Assembly: GCF_963921235.1 (NCBI RefSeq)
Contig: NC_086108.1
Coordinates: forward strand, 24,428,001-24,492,000
Source: Mobula hypostoma
Lineage: Eukaryota
Reading direction: 5' to 3'
Length of the DNA: 64,000 nucleotides
Shown here one piece after another: positions 49,766-62,799 of this stretch. Positions within the stretch are counted from its first letter, which is position 1. Every line of letters starts with the position of its first letter. Under the pieces are notes generated by a model that did no database searches, was not told the DNA's origin, and saw only the letters and a list, made by a program, of their open reading frames with translations. A program made the position numbers and the translations under genes.

Positions 49766-51084
49766 ATTATCATTCTGTCTTAAATTCTTACTTCAGTATT
49801 ACTGGAGTACTCTAGATGTGTTCTTACCAATGTCTTCCATAACAATTTGTGCAAATTCGGAGATATTAAAGGGAGATATTCCAGCAGGACCAATGAACAG
49901 TGAGCCAACAGGCAGAATGACTTACACTTACACACTGCTTTTTGTAAATACAGAATATTACAACCATGAACGACTTTTGACATGAAGCGAACTTTGTGAT
50001 TGCAGAATCTGGCCACTAATTCACACATATTAAGATGACATCAACAAGATTAATATGATTTAATGATATGGATGGAGCACTTGGAGGACACCCACATAGC
50101 TACAGCAAGAACATGTAAACTCCACTCAGACAGCACCCAAAGTTGGAAATGAACCTGGATCTCTGGAGAATGAGGCAGTTGCTCTAGCTGTGACACTGTG
50201 TCATTCAATGGAATCTCCCCCAATTTGCCCAAGAGCATGCAGAAATTTAGCTTCATGTTAATGCAGACCATACGATTGCTCTTGTCAGGCTAAACATGGC
50301 TTGGGAAATAGTTACTCAGTTTTTCCAGCCATGGCATTTGGAAAAAATTTATACTTCTAAATATCAGTGGATTTGATCATTATTTTGAAATGTGTATTTT
50401 TTGTTTTACATTTTGTTGAAAAGATATTTGAGCACATAAGAAATAGAAGCAGGAGTAGGCCATCTGGCCCGCTAATGTTAGAACTTCCAGTCATTGATTT
50501 AAAACATCAATGCTTTTTAAAGGGTTTCTACTAGTTTGTGGGAATAAATAACAGCAGAAACCATGATCACGGTAATTAATTTGACACTTGTTCCAATTTC
50601 CTTGTGTAAGAATTTGAGTCAACAAAATTTGTATAGAAAACTACTTGATGAATGATTAAAATTACTCTCCTTGTTTCCTCCATCTCTACCCTCATTTGTC
50701 TGTCTGCTGCTGACATTGTTTAGACAGATTTGTCTTTGCCAACTGTCTTCAACTTATTATTTCTGAAGCGAATAGTTTTTCTTTTCAATAACACAGGTTT
50801 TTCTTTAAATGACTAATCATCTCTTTTTAACAAACAATTGTCAGTCAGGCCAATGCCTTGAGAATTCTCGTCACAAGATTCCCGGCACAGCGGCCTCTCC
50901 GGTTCCAATCAACAGTAAAACTTCTCACCCTGTTTGTCTTGTCGATGATCAAAACCCATTAAAATCTGCAAGTCTACCTTGCTAGCAAGCTGGATAATGA
51001 AGATATTGCACAGTTGCAGCCTAAAGCGAGGAGCATGCCCTTGTATCACCCCACATCCTCCTAAACGGGGAGTGTTGCATTTGA

Positions 51085-51866
51085 GGGCCCAAAGCATTGT
51101 TAATGATCCCTTCTATTCATCCCACAATCTCTTTGACTCAATACTGTCAAGAATTTGGTATAGAAGCATCAGAACTAGGACTCCAGACAAACAGCTTCTT
51201 TCCTCATTCTGTGAGACTAATGAGTACCCTGCAACTGTGGTCTTGTCACTAGGACAGTGAACTGTTTATTGTAATGTTTTTCTTTTCACCTGTGCTGTGC
51301 ACTTCACATGCATTTTGAATTATATTTTATGAACTTATATGCAGTAATATTTTTGTTTCATGTGCTCTGAGTGATAGATGTATCGTGGGAGCGCTGTAGT
51401 CTGGAGGAACACTGTTTCATTTGGTGATATATATGTACAGTTAAATGACAGTAGAACTCCGCAATGGACCGTTCCAAGCCTGGCTGCGAAAGGAGGTGGG
51501 TTGGCATGGGGCGAGCAACCATATCAAATAAAACCCAGAGTTACAGAAACACACCAACAGGAGCTCCACGGACCTCCACCCTGGGAGGGGAAGTAACTTC
51601 ACCTAGAAGATGTATGAAGTCATGTGACGAAAGCCGGAAGTCTGTAGAAGCCATAGGACTGATCAGTCTTCTATAAAAAAGAGACTGCCCAAGGAACACC
51701 TGACAATGCAAAATTGAAGCTGATATGAAGAAGATGGGCTACACCTGGGGACAACTTGAAAGACTGGCCCAGGACAGAGGACCACGGTGAGCTGCTGTCA
51801 GCAGCCTCATTTTCCAGTAGGAGTGATGGACTAAAGAAGAAATGACAATAAACTTGGACTTGAACT
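51085..51866 (+). mobile_element. Rex-type LINE 3' fragment whose tail is split by an RTE insertion
   Basis: SIVNDPFYSSHNLFDSILS..YRSIRTRT. Tail aaatgaca|...|aaatgacaataaacttggacttgaact. Confidence 0.65.
51451..51839 (+). mobile_element. Bipartite non-autonomous RTE-type element (5' UTR joined to 3' end) with 8-bp TSD
   Basis: RTE-like head ccaagcctggctgcgaaaggaggtgggttggcatggggcgagcaacc. The 3' part encodes PRNT...IEADMKKMGYTWGQLERLAQDRGP. Short (aag)n tail. TSD aaatgaca at 51443-51450 and 51840-51847. Confidence 0.7.
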
Positions 51867-53552
51867 CCATGGAGATTTCTCTTATGTCCATTAGTAATTT
51901 CAGACAGGTCCTTAGACACATTTGCCAGACAAAGCCATCTCTCCTGATTATATCAGTAGTTTTATTTGCTTCTGCTGAACTGAACCAGGCAAGAGAATAT
52001 GTGGACATAAAATTCTCATCAGGAGACAGTTCAAGTCTACAGAGTCCAAAATCTTTCAGCTGGAAACAAAGGCAGTGAACATCATATCAGCTGGTAGATG
52101 GCAGGAGAAATATGCAACAGAAAAAACTGCTTTAAAAAATCAAGTGAAATGCTGTCATATTTGTGAAATTTTGTATTCTTTGCTGAATCTAATTAAGTTT
52201 CAATGGTAGGAGCTTAATCATTTTAGCAACAGAATATGACTGACAAACAGTCCCTCTTTACTAGCACCTCAAGTTTTGTTGCTTCAGTTAATGACTTCAC
52301 ATCAAACATGTAGGTTTGAGCAGCCTGGTGCTATATTAAATCCAATTTCTCTGACAAACTGAAGTAATTATAAACTTTAGGCATGTATTATTCTAATCAA
52401 TTGAAAACGACCTTTCGTTTATTTGGAGTTCTCACTTTATATAGTTTCTTACTGAACAGTACTTACTGATTATAGCATAAAACTGTCAGAGAATGAAACC
52501 GTTAAAATAAATGTGAGAAGAACCACAGAGAGCATTTCCACTTAATCAGTTCAGAATTTCAAATTTGACCTGTCACATGTACCACTGCAGCTTTAATACA
52601 GATATTCAAAGACACAAATATTACAACTAAAGTTAGTCATCTTAATGTGAAATGTCTACCTGCACACAGAGTTGTAAAAGATGTATGGCACTTTGGGAAC
52701 AAAATAGAAAATTCTCCCAGTTTCCATTCAGCATCAGTGAAGGTATTAAAACGTAATTTTCTAGACAGTGTTGGATTTCATTTTCATGTAAGTTAGATTG
52801 TAGCAAGCCCAAAAAGTAGGGGAGAAAACATTATACCTTTTCTTAAAATAGCTTTTCAGCAATTGGACTCATTGACCTTAATTTTATAGGTAACTTTTGT
52901 TGACTGCACTTGTGCAATTTCTAATTTTTATACTTTTATCTAAGTTGTAGATTTTCCTTTGAGTTCTGATTACATTGTTCTGGTTGGTCTCATATAATCA
53001 TACAATTTCAATCAATTCTGTTCAACTGTGGCTTCAGCTTGACATCTAGTAAAAAGATACAAAACATCTTTCTGCAATACTCTTGAGGGAGTGACAGAGC
53101 GAGAGTGAGAAGCATACATCCACTTCTACTCACTGTTTTCTGTAGCTGCTATTGATGACACTACAGCACCCACTGGAAGCTCAAGCAAGGTTATCTCTTC
53201 AACTGAACAGTGATAGCTGTAAGGAACGTACTAATACATACAGGACAATTTTTTGTTTTTGGGAAATGCTGAAGCATTTTAATAAATGCCCACTTTTTCA
53301 GAAAATGTAATCCTTTCATTCTGCAAGATTTTTTTCTTTACCAATTCATTAATTTTCAAAATATTATTTTGAGTTCAAATCTTCCATTATTAAACTTACA
53401 GTAGTGGCTTTTGGGAGGTTAAATTTGCCAATGTAATTGATATATATTTTTTTCCTCTATATATTTTTCATAGAAGAGAGAAATACAAGATTGAGATTTA
53501 TTCAATTATATTTCAACTAACTGGTACAAAGACAATAGAAGGGAAGGGAAAA

Positions 53553-54369
53553 ATGTGGATAAATGTGAAGTTATCCACTTTGGTGGCAAAAATAGGAAAA
53601 CAGATTATTATCTGAATGGTGGCCGATTAGGAAAAGGGGAGGTGCAACGAGACCTGGGTGTCATTATACACCAGTCATTGAAAGTGGGCATGCAGGTACA
53701 GCAGGCGGTGAAAAAGGCGAACGGTATGCTGGCATTTATAGCGAGAGGATTCGAGTACAGGAGCAGGGAGGTACTACTGCAGTTGTACAAGGCCTTGGTG
53801 AGACCACACCTGGAGTATTGTGTGCAGTTTTGGTCCCCTAATCTGAGGAAAGACATCCTTGCCATAGAGGGAGTACAAAGAAGGTTCACCAGATTGATTC
53901 CTGGGATGGCAGGTCTTTCATATGAAGAAAGACTGGATGAACTGGGCTTGTACTCGTTGGAATTTAGAAGATTGAGGGGGGATCTGATTGAAACGTATAA
54001 GATCCTAAAGGGATTGGACAGGCTAGATGCGGGAAGATTGTTCCCGATGTTGGGGAGGTCTAGAACGAGGGGTCACAGTTTGAGGATAGAGGGGAAGCCT
54101 TTTAGGACCGAGATTAGGAAAAACTTCTTCACACAGAGAGTGGTGAATCTGTGGAATTCTCTGCCACAGCAAACTGTTGAGGCCAGTTCATTAGCTATGT
54201 TTAAAAGGAAGTTAGATATGGCCCTTGTGGCTACAGGGGTCACGGGGTATGGAGGGAAGGCTGGGTTCTGAGTTGGATGATCAGCCATGATCATAATAAA
54301 TGGCGGTGCAGGCTCGAAGGGCCGAATGGCCTACTCCTGCACCTATTTTCTATGTTTCTATGTTTCTAT
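53553..54369 (+). mobile_element. Young 5'-truncated CR1 LINE with an uninterrupted ORF2 C-terminus (53555-54271)
   Basis: 238 aa open: KCEVIHFG...RDLGV...LYKALVRPHLEYCVQFWSP...RGHSL...FFTQRVVNLWNSLP. Tail (tatgtttc)n. Confidence 0.95.
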
Positions 54370-54962
54370 GAAAGCAGGATTTCCCAGTGGCCAACCATTT
54401 CAATTATAATCCCCATTCTCATTCTGACATGTCGGTCTATGGCCTCCTCTTCTGCAATGATGCCACTCTTAGGATGGAGGAGCAACACCTTATATTCCAT
54501 CTGGGTAGCCTTCATCTTGATGGCATGAACATCAATTACACAAATTTTTGATCATTTTTTCACTTCCCCCTTCTCTCTTCTTCATTTACCCACTCTGACT
54601 CCCCCACTTCTCCTCACCTGCCTCTTACCTCCCCTAATGCCCCTCCTCCTTCCTTTCCTCCCATGGTCCACTCCCCTCTCCTACCAGATTCCTCAATTTC
54701 CACCTCTCACCTCCCAGCTTCTTACTTCATCCCCTTTCCCCACTCACTTGGCTTCACCTATCATCTTCTAACTTGTACATCTTCCCTTCCCCTCCCCCAC
54801 ATTCTTATGCTGGCATCTTCTCCCTTCTTGTCCTGATGAAGGGTCTCGGCCCGAAACATTGACTGCGTATTCATTTCCATAGATGCTGCTTGACCTTCTG
54901 AGTTCCTCCAGCATTTTGTGTGTGTTTCTCTGGATTTCCAGAATCTGCAGAATCTCTGATGT
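54370..54962 (+). mobile_element. Penelope-like 3' fragment (GIY-YIG end + pLTR) with hammerhead motif at ~54829-54865
   Basis: gtc-CTGATGA-a-GGG tctcgg CCC-GAAA-catt-gactg. The upstream sequence is homologous to 34850-35040. Confidence 0.85.
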
Positions 54963-55339
54963 TTAGGATGGAAGGATTTTGTATTTGGACCAGGAAGCCC
55001 TTTGCAATTAAACACTTTATTTCAAAACCAAAGTAATGACAAAGGGAAATGGCCCATATCATCTGATTTTTTTCCAAAGTACCCATATGTCACAAGCCAT
55101 AATGGAGATTACCAATCATGAAGTTTTAAGAAACTAAGAATCAAATAGGTTATTTAGGGTCAGCAACAAAGAAGATTACACTAAATTGCTCCATTCTGTG
55201 AAGTAGCTGTGAGTGGGACTTTGGATTTTTCCCCAGCTAAACATACAGAGCAAAACCCATTTAAATAACCAATTCTATATACCATGTTTTATTCTTCACT
55301 TCAAAGAAGACTGCTCAGTGCTCAAAACTGCATGTTTTT

Positions 55340-57655
55340 ATCTCCCTGGTAATGCTCCCCAAATGCTCCTTCATATATTAACAACTATAGTGGTGCTGCT
55401 TCAGGCATCCATGCTGAACTCGTCCATTTCATCAAATTTGTCTCCAACTTCCACCCTGCCCTTAAATTCACTTGGTTCATTTCTGACACCTCCCTCCCCT
55501 TTCTTGATCTTTCTGTCTCCATCTCCAGCAATAAACTGTCCACCGATACCTTTCATAAACCAACTGATTCGCATGGCTATTTTGACTTCCCTAACTATCT
55601 CTGGCAAAAATGCTACTCCCTTAACTCAGTTCCTTTGTCAATGCTGAAACTGTTCCCAGAATGAGTCATTTCTTTCCAGGGTATCAGAGATGAGTTCCTC
55701 CTTCCTCCTCCATTGCCACTGCCCTCACCCGCATTTCCTGCATTTCCCAGGCATCCACGCTTACCCCATCTTCCAGCGGCCTTAACAGAGATAGAACTGT
55801 TTTTGTCCTAACCTACCACCCCATGAGCCTCCACATCCCACACATCATTCTCTGCAACATCCAACATCTCCAAAGGGATCCTATAATTAAACGCATCTTT
55901 ACCTCCCACCCACATTCTGCTTTCCACAAGGATCATTCCCTCTGCAATTCCTTGTCCATTTGTCCCTCCCCAGTACTTCACACTGCAAGTGGCAAAATGC
56001 TACACCTGCCTATTTACCTCCTTCCTCTCCTCCATTCAGGGCCCCAAGCAGTCCTTCCAGGTGATGCAACATTTACCCCGTGAATATGTTGGGGTCATCT
56101 ATTCCAGTGCTCTTTATGTGGCCTCCTCTACATTGGTGAAACATGTCATAAACTGGGGAACCACTTTGATGAGCATCTCCACTCCATCTGCCAAAAGCAG
56201 AATTTCTCAGTGGCCAACGATTTTAATTCCTATTCTCATTCCCATGTACATGGTTCTAACTCCATAATCAAGTTCGCAGATGACACCATGGTGGTTGGCC
56301 TGATCAGAGGGGATGACGAGACGGCCACAGGGACGAGGTCTAGCACCTGGCTGTGTGGTGTGCCGACAACAACCTGGTCCTTAACACCCAGAAGACCAAG
56401 GAGATCATTGTGGACTTCAGGCATGCTAGGAGCCACACTCACGTCCCCATCTGCATCAACGGAGCTGTAATGGAGCGTGTATCAAGCTTCAAATTCCTTG
56501 GTGTCCACATTTCTGAGGATCTCACCTGGTCCCTGAACTCCTCCATCCTGATCAAAAAAGTGCAACAGTGCCTTTATTTCCTGCAGAGCATCAAGGAAGC
56601 TCACCTCTGTCCCAGGGTACTGATGGACTTTTACCACTGTACCATTGAGAGCATACTCACCAACTGCATCTCAGTGTGGTATGGCAATTGTCCCGTATCG
56701 GAACGCAAAACACTCCAGTGTGTAGTGAAAACTGCCCAGTGGATTATCAGCACCCAATTGCCCACCATTGAGAACATCTACCATAAACGCTGCCTGGGCA
56801 GGGGGAAAAGCATTATCAAGGATGCATCTCACCCTAACCATGGACTTTTTACTCTCCTCCCATCCGGTAGGTGCTACAGGAGCCTCCGCTCCCGCACCAG
56901 CAGGCACAGGAAGAGTTTCTTCCCTGAGGCTGTGACCCTGCCCTGCTGAACCTCACATCACAGCGCTAAGCAGTATTGCACCCATATTGTACTGTCTCAG
57001 TACTTTTATATTTGTGTGCTGTAGCACTTACTTTTTATTCACAGTTATTTTGTAAATAACACTATTCTTTGCATTTCTGGTCAGATGCCAACTGCATTTC
57101 ATTGGCTTTGTATCTGTACTCGGCACAATGACAATAAAGTTGAACCTAATCTAAACTATTCAGTCCATGGCCTCCTCTTGTGCCATGATGAGGCCACCCT
57201 CAGGGTGGAAGAGCAGTATCTCGTATTCTGTCTGAATAGACTACAACATGATGACATGAAAATTGAGTTTTTCTTACAGTAGAAAACATTTTAACTCCCT
57301 CTTCCCTGCTTATATTTCTCACTTTTGCCTCACCTGCCTATCATCTTCCTCCAGTGCCCCACCTTCTTCCCTTTCTCCCAAGGTCCACTGTCCTCTCCTA
57401 TCAGATTCCTTCCTCTCTGAACCTTTGTCTTTCCCACCCACCTGGCTTTACTTATCACCTAGCTCTTCTCTTTCCCCTCCCCTCACCTTTTTATTCCAAC
57501 ATTTTCCCCCATCCTTTCCAGACCTGAAGAGAAGTCTTGGCCCAAAACATTGACTGTTTATTCATTTCCATAGATGCTGCTTGACCTGCTGAGTTTCTCC
57601 AGCATTGAGCGTGTGTTACTTTAGATTTCCAACATCTGCAAAATTTCCTGTGTTT
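55340..57655 (+). mobile_element. Decayed Penelope-like element with a nested Rex LINE
   Basis: Colinear with the RT/GIY-YIG/pLTR of 34418-36902 (e.g. KCYTCLFTSFLSSIQGPKQSFQV). Interrupted at ~56245-57157. Confidence 0.85.
56245..57157 (+). mobile_element. Rex1/Babar-type LINE 3' part nested in the PLE
   Basis: [15 protein letters not shown]...WCADNNLVLNTQKTKEIIVDFR...FKFLGVHISEDLTWS...SFFPEAV. Tail aataaagttgaacctaatcta. Confidence 0.9.
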
Positions 57656-58642
57656 ATGTTTTTTTAAAATTCTGGTAAAGAACTTCATGGGCATAAAGCG
57701 TGATTAGAATATGGTCGGAGCATATTTATGTCTAAACAGGTTGATGTAAAGGCAGCCCAAGTTCAACACTCTTAATATTCTATCTGTTTGATATAGTTTG
57801 TTAATTAGTTCTGCATCTATTGGCTCATGATTTGAGTGGATGCACACCCAAACCATTCTTTTGCCTACTAGGTCCAAGGTACTCACCATTTAAATCTATT
57901 GTCATGCAACTGAACTCAGCTCTGCGGGCAGCCACCAGAAAATACAGTCAACCTAGTGTACAGCTCCCAAAGCTTTTGAATATTGTACCTGCCACTTCTA
58001 TCGGCATGTTATGGAACATAGTGAGGCTGTGCATTCCTACAGCACTCCCTCTCCAAACTTGCCAGATTGTGTCAGAGACACCTCCTTCTGATCCTTATAC
58101 TTTGTCAACCTGCACTCCACTGTCTCTCTGTAATACTATATCCTGCATTATTTTGACCCCTTTATATGACTTCATTATGCTGATGCATGGAACAATCTCT
58201 CTAGATACATACAAACAAAAACTTTTTACTACCTCATAACATGTGACAATAATAAATGATTACCAATATTGCAGCGGGTGCTAGCAACCCTATCTTGTCA
58301 ACTGGAATTAATTTCCAGTGTCTGTACTGTCAGACTTCAACCTCCAAACAAATTATTTTGCAATAATGATGAAAGAAAATAAATAAAGTCAACAATGAAA
58401 ATTTGACAAGTCTTCAGCATTATCATTATTAATCAACATGAAGGATATCTTAAAATATATTGGAATTGACAACATTAAATGCACTTCCCTGACTTTCTTT
58501 AAAATTGTAATGATGAGACATTTTCCTTGATGTGACCTGCGAGGCCAATTGACTTTTTCATCTGACCCACACATGGTTATTAGATAAATGTACTTTGAAA
58601 TCTAGCATGCTTATTATCAAAGTATATAGATGTCACCATATA

Positions 58643-60251
58643 CAGTGCCCATAAAAAGTATTCAACCTCCTTGGAAGTTTTCATGTTTTATTGTTTTACA
58701 ACATTGAATCACAGTGGATTTAATTTGACACTGATCAACAGAAAAAGACACTTCCGTGTCAAAGTGAAAACAGATCCCTAGAAAGCCATCTAAATTAATA
58801 AAAAACATAAAATACAAAATAACTGGTTGTATATTTATTCATCACCTTTAAATCAGTATTTAGCAGATGCAGCATTGGCAGCAATTACAACCTTGAGTCT
58901 GTGTGGATAGGTCTCCATCAGCTTTGCACATCTGGACACTACAATTTTTCCCCATTCTTCTTTACAAAACTACTCAAGCTCTGTCAGTTTGCATGGGAAT
59001 CACGAGTAAGCAGCCCTTTACAAGTCCATCCACAAACCTTCAATTGAATTGAGGTCTGGACTCTGACTTGGACACTCCAAGACAGTAACGTTGTTGTTTT
59101 AAGTCACTCTTGTGTAGCTTTGGCTTTATGCTTTGTCTCTCTGGAAAACAAATCTTCTCCCAAGTCGCAGTTCTCTTGCAGACTGCATCAGGTTTTCCTC
59201 CTGGATTTCCCTGTGTTTCACTGAATTCATTTTACCCTCTACCTTCACAAGCCTTCCAGGGCCTGCTGCAGTGAAGCATCCCCACAGCATGACACAGCCA
59301 CCACCATGCTTCACGGTAGGGACGGTGTGTTTTTGTTAATTTACAGTGTTTGGCTTATGCCAAACATAGCATTTAGTCTGATTGACAAAAAGCTCAATTT
59401 TGGTTTCATCAGGCCATAGAACCTTCTTCCAGCTGACTTCAGTCTCCCACATGCCTTCTGGCAACACCAGCCGAGTTTTTTCAACAGTGGTTTTTTCTTT
59501 GCCTCTCTCCCATAAGGCTGCGACTGGTGATGCACTGGGGCAACAGTTGTTGTATGCATAATCTCTCCCATCTCAGCCACTGAAATTTGTAACTCCTCCA
59601 GAACTGTCATATGTCTCTCGGTTGCCTCCCTCACTAGTCCCCTTCTTGCATGGTCACTCAGTTCTTCAGGATGGTCTGCTCTCTGCAAATTTACAGCTGT
59701 GCCATATCCTTTCCATTTCTTGACGACTGATTTAACTGTACTCCAAGGGCTATTCAGCGACTTGGAAATTTTCTTGTATCCATCTTCAATTGTGATTTTC
59801 AATAACGTTTTTGTGGAGTTGCTTGGAGTGTTCTTCTGTCTTCATTATGTAGATTTTGCCAGGCTAATGGCTCACTAGCAGCTGGACCTTCCAGAAAGAG
59901 GTGTATTTTTACTACAGTCGGTTGAAACACCTTGACTGCACACAGGTTTCCAGAAACAGATCCCTATTTAACTAATTATGTAACTCCTAAAACCAACTGG
60001 CCAGTGATGATTTGGTGTGTCATATTAAAGGGGGGGGGGAGGGTGAATACTTATACAATCAATTATTTTATGTTTTACATTTGTAATTAATTTAGGTCAC
60101 TTTGTAGAAATCTGTTTTCACTTTGACATGTAAATTCCTTTTCTGTTGATTAATGTCAAAAAATGCCAAATTAAATCCACTGTGATTCAATGTTCTGAAA
60201 CAAGAAAACATGAAAACTTCCAAGGGGAATGAATACTTTTTATAGGCACTG
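58643..60251 (-). mobile_element. Full-length Tc1-family DNA transposon (1609 bp) with long TIRs and TA TSD
   Basis: TA|CAGTGCCCATAAAAAGTATTCA...TGAATACTTTTTATAGGCACTG|TA, with ~200-bp imperfect TIRs. Confidence 0.95.
58853..59845 (-). pseudogene. Tc1 transposase pseudogene
   Basis: MKTEEHSKQL...GYKKISKSLNSPWSTVKSVVKKWK...KHGGGCVMLWGCF...RRFVFQ...ASAKY*, with several frameshifts. Confidence 0.9.
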
Positions 60252-60259
60252 TATATACA

Positions 60260-60730
60260 AGGAATGAAAGGGTTACCGCATGAGAAATATCTGGCAGCTC
60301 TTGGACTGTATTCCCTGGTGTTCAGGAGAATGAGGGGGAATCTCATAGAAACAGTCAGAATATTAAAATGCCTGAACAGATTAGATATGGCAAAGTTATT
60401 TCCCATAGTAGGGGAATCTAGGACAAGAGGGCATGACTTCAGGATTGAAGGACATCCATTTAGAACAGAGATGAGGAAAAATTACTTTACTCGAAGGGTA
60501 GTAAATCTGTGGAAATTGTTGCCATGAGCAGCTGTGGAGGGCAACTCATTGGGTGCATTTATGACAGAGATAGATAAGTTCTTGATTAGCCAGGGCGGCA
60601 AAGGGTATGGGGAGAAGGCAGGGGAGTGGGGATGACTGGACGAATTTGATCAGCCCATGATTGAATGCGGAGCAGGCTTGATCGGTCAAATAGCCTACTT
60701 CTGCTCCTATATCTAATGGTCTTATGATCT
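60260..60730 (+). mobile_element. CR1 LINE 3' fragment
   Basis: MKGLPHEKYLAALGLYSLVFRRMRGNLIET...RVVNLW, with tail ctatatctaatggtcttatg. Confidence 0.88.
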
Positions 60731-61861
60731 AACTCTGACATTTATTTTCATGCAGACATTTTCAATAAATCCATCATAGAATAATACTCATAACAGAATC
60801 AATGAAAAACGCACCAACTTGGGTGTTCAACCAATATGCAACTAAAAAAAGAAACAATTATAATAGTAATAAATAAATATGGAATAAATATTGAGAGCAT
60901 GATATTATTAAGAGTCCTTGAAAGTGAATCCATAAATTGTGGGAATATTTCAATGATGGGGCAAGTGAAGTTGAGTGAAGTTATCCCGTTTTGTTCAAAA
61001 GCCTGATGGTTGAGGAGTAATAACTGTCTCTTAACCTGGTGGTGTGAGTCCCAAAGCTCCTGTACCTTCTTCCTCATGGCAGCAGTGAGAACAGAGTTTG
61101 TCCTGGGTAGTGGGTTCCCTAATGGTGAATGCTGCTTTCCTGCAACAACATTTCATATAGATGTACTCAATGTTGGGGAGGGCTTTACCCAAGATGGACT
61201 AGGCTATATCCACTTAGTTTTGGAGGATTTTCCATTCAAGGGCATTGGTGTTTCCATACCAGGCTGTGATGCAGTCAGTCAGCATACTCTCCACACACAT
61301 CTATAAAAGTTTGTCAAAGTTTTAGATGTCATGCTGAATCTTCAAAAAATCCTAAGGAAATAGAGGCACTGCCATGTTTTCTTTGTAATTGCACTTACGT
61401 ACGTGCTGGGCTCGGTATGTCCTCCAAAATTATAACACCAAGGAATTTTAAATCACTGATCCTCTCCACCTTTGATCCACCTGTGATTCAGGCTAAGTCA
61501 GTGGTGTCATCAGCATACTAAAATATGGTATTGGACCTGTGCTTAGCCACACAGTCATTAGTGTAAAGCAGGTAGAACAGGGCTCTAAGCAGTTAGCCTC
61601 CTGGTGCACCAGGGCTGATGGAGATTGTGGAGGATACATTATTCTCAATCCAAACGGACTGAGGTCTGCACGTGAGGAAATCAAGGATCCAATTGCATAA
61701 GGAGGTACTGAAGCCAAAATCTTGGAACTTATTGGTTAGTTTTGAGGGAATAATGGCATAAAATGCTGAGCTGTAGTCAATGAAGAACATTCTCAGGTAG
61801 GCATCTTTGCTGTTCCAGGGTTCAGCGAAGAGCTAATGAGTTGGGTCATCATCAAAAGGAT

Positions 61862-62097
61862 GTCTTTAGTCAGAGGGTAGTAAATCTGTGGAATTCATTG
61901 CGACAGATGGCTATGGAAGCCAAGTCATGGAGTACAGTTAAAGTAGAAATTGATAGTTTCTTGAATAGTAAGGATATCAAAGGTTACTGAGCGAAGGCAG
62001 GAGAATGAGGTAGAGTGAAAAAATAAATTAGCTCTGATGAAATAACGGAGATGACACGATGGGCCAAATGACTTAATTCTGCTCCTATGATGTATGG
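61862..62097 (+). mobile_element. CR1 3' fragment
   Basis: tttagtcagagggtagtaaatctgtggaattc...ttaattctgctcctatg. Confidence 0.8.
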
Positions 62098-62630
62098 ACA
62101 TCAGTGAACCTCACGTCCATAAGAGATAGGATCATTTTATAAAATTATAAAATGCAGCATTACATCAAGGCCCAATACGAGCTTGAGGTAGAACACCCTC
62201 ATCTTTTATCTGGGTAAATGGTAGGCTTCCAGATTTGATAAAGAATTCTCCAACTGAAGGTAACTCACTCTTTCTTTCTGTCTGCATCAGAACTTGCCAT
62301 TTCTGTCTGTAGTCAATCTGTGATATTTGCTCTGGTTTTCTATTAATAAAGCAAGCAGAGTGGGGCATGCCCCACAGCCTTGCCACTTGCATCATATCAC
62401 ACAGTCAAAGCAGTATAATCCACTTTTAACTGCCACAGTAGTCCATTTCATCTCACCTCACCCAACCCTCCCCAACGTTCTCTGCATTTAAAACCAATCT
62501 TTTTCTCAAGTTCTGACAAAGGATTGTGGACCTAAAATATGAACACTGTTTCTCTCTCCATAGATACTGCCTGGTGTGCTGATTGTTTCCAGCATTGTTT
62601 GTTTTTGTTATGAACCTGTCCAATTACTTG

Positions 62631-62799
62631 CAACACGCACAAGATGCTGGAGGAACTCAGCAGGTCAGGCGGCATCTATGGAAAAAAGTACGGTAGACAT
62701 TTCAGGCCGAAACCATAGATACTGCCTGGCCTGCTGATTTCCTCCAGCATTTTGAGTGTGTTGCTCGGATTTCTAGCATCTGCAGATTTTCTCTTGTTT
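62631..62799. mobile_element. Fold-back Penelope mini-insertion with 15-bp TSD
   Basis: Inverted pLTR arms. Flanks ctgtccaattacttg (62616-62630) and ctgtctagttacttg (62800-62814). Confidence 0.8.

Larger units (their letters stand above)
58598..61830 (-). mobile_element. Rex1/Babar-type LINE split by Tc1 and CR1 insertions
   Basis: Tail piece at 58598-58642 (ttattatcaaagtatatagatgtcaccata). The body resumes at ~60731 and includes [17 protein letters not shown]...[10 protein letters not shown] (61593-61790). Confidence 0.75.

Noticed and set aside
53555..54271. 238-aa open frame as a host gene
   Set aside because: It is the C-terminus of CR1 ORF2, followed by the CR1 3' tail.
56353..56949. 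198-aa ORF as a cellular gene
   Set aside because: It is the post-RT region of a Rex/Babar-type LINE, nested in a PLE and ending in a LINE tail.
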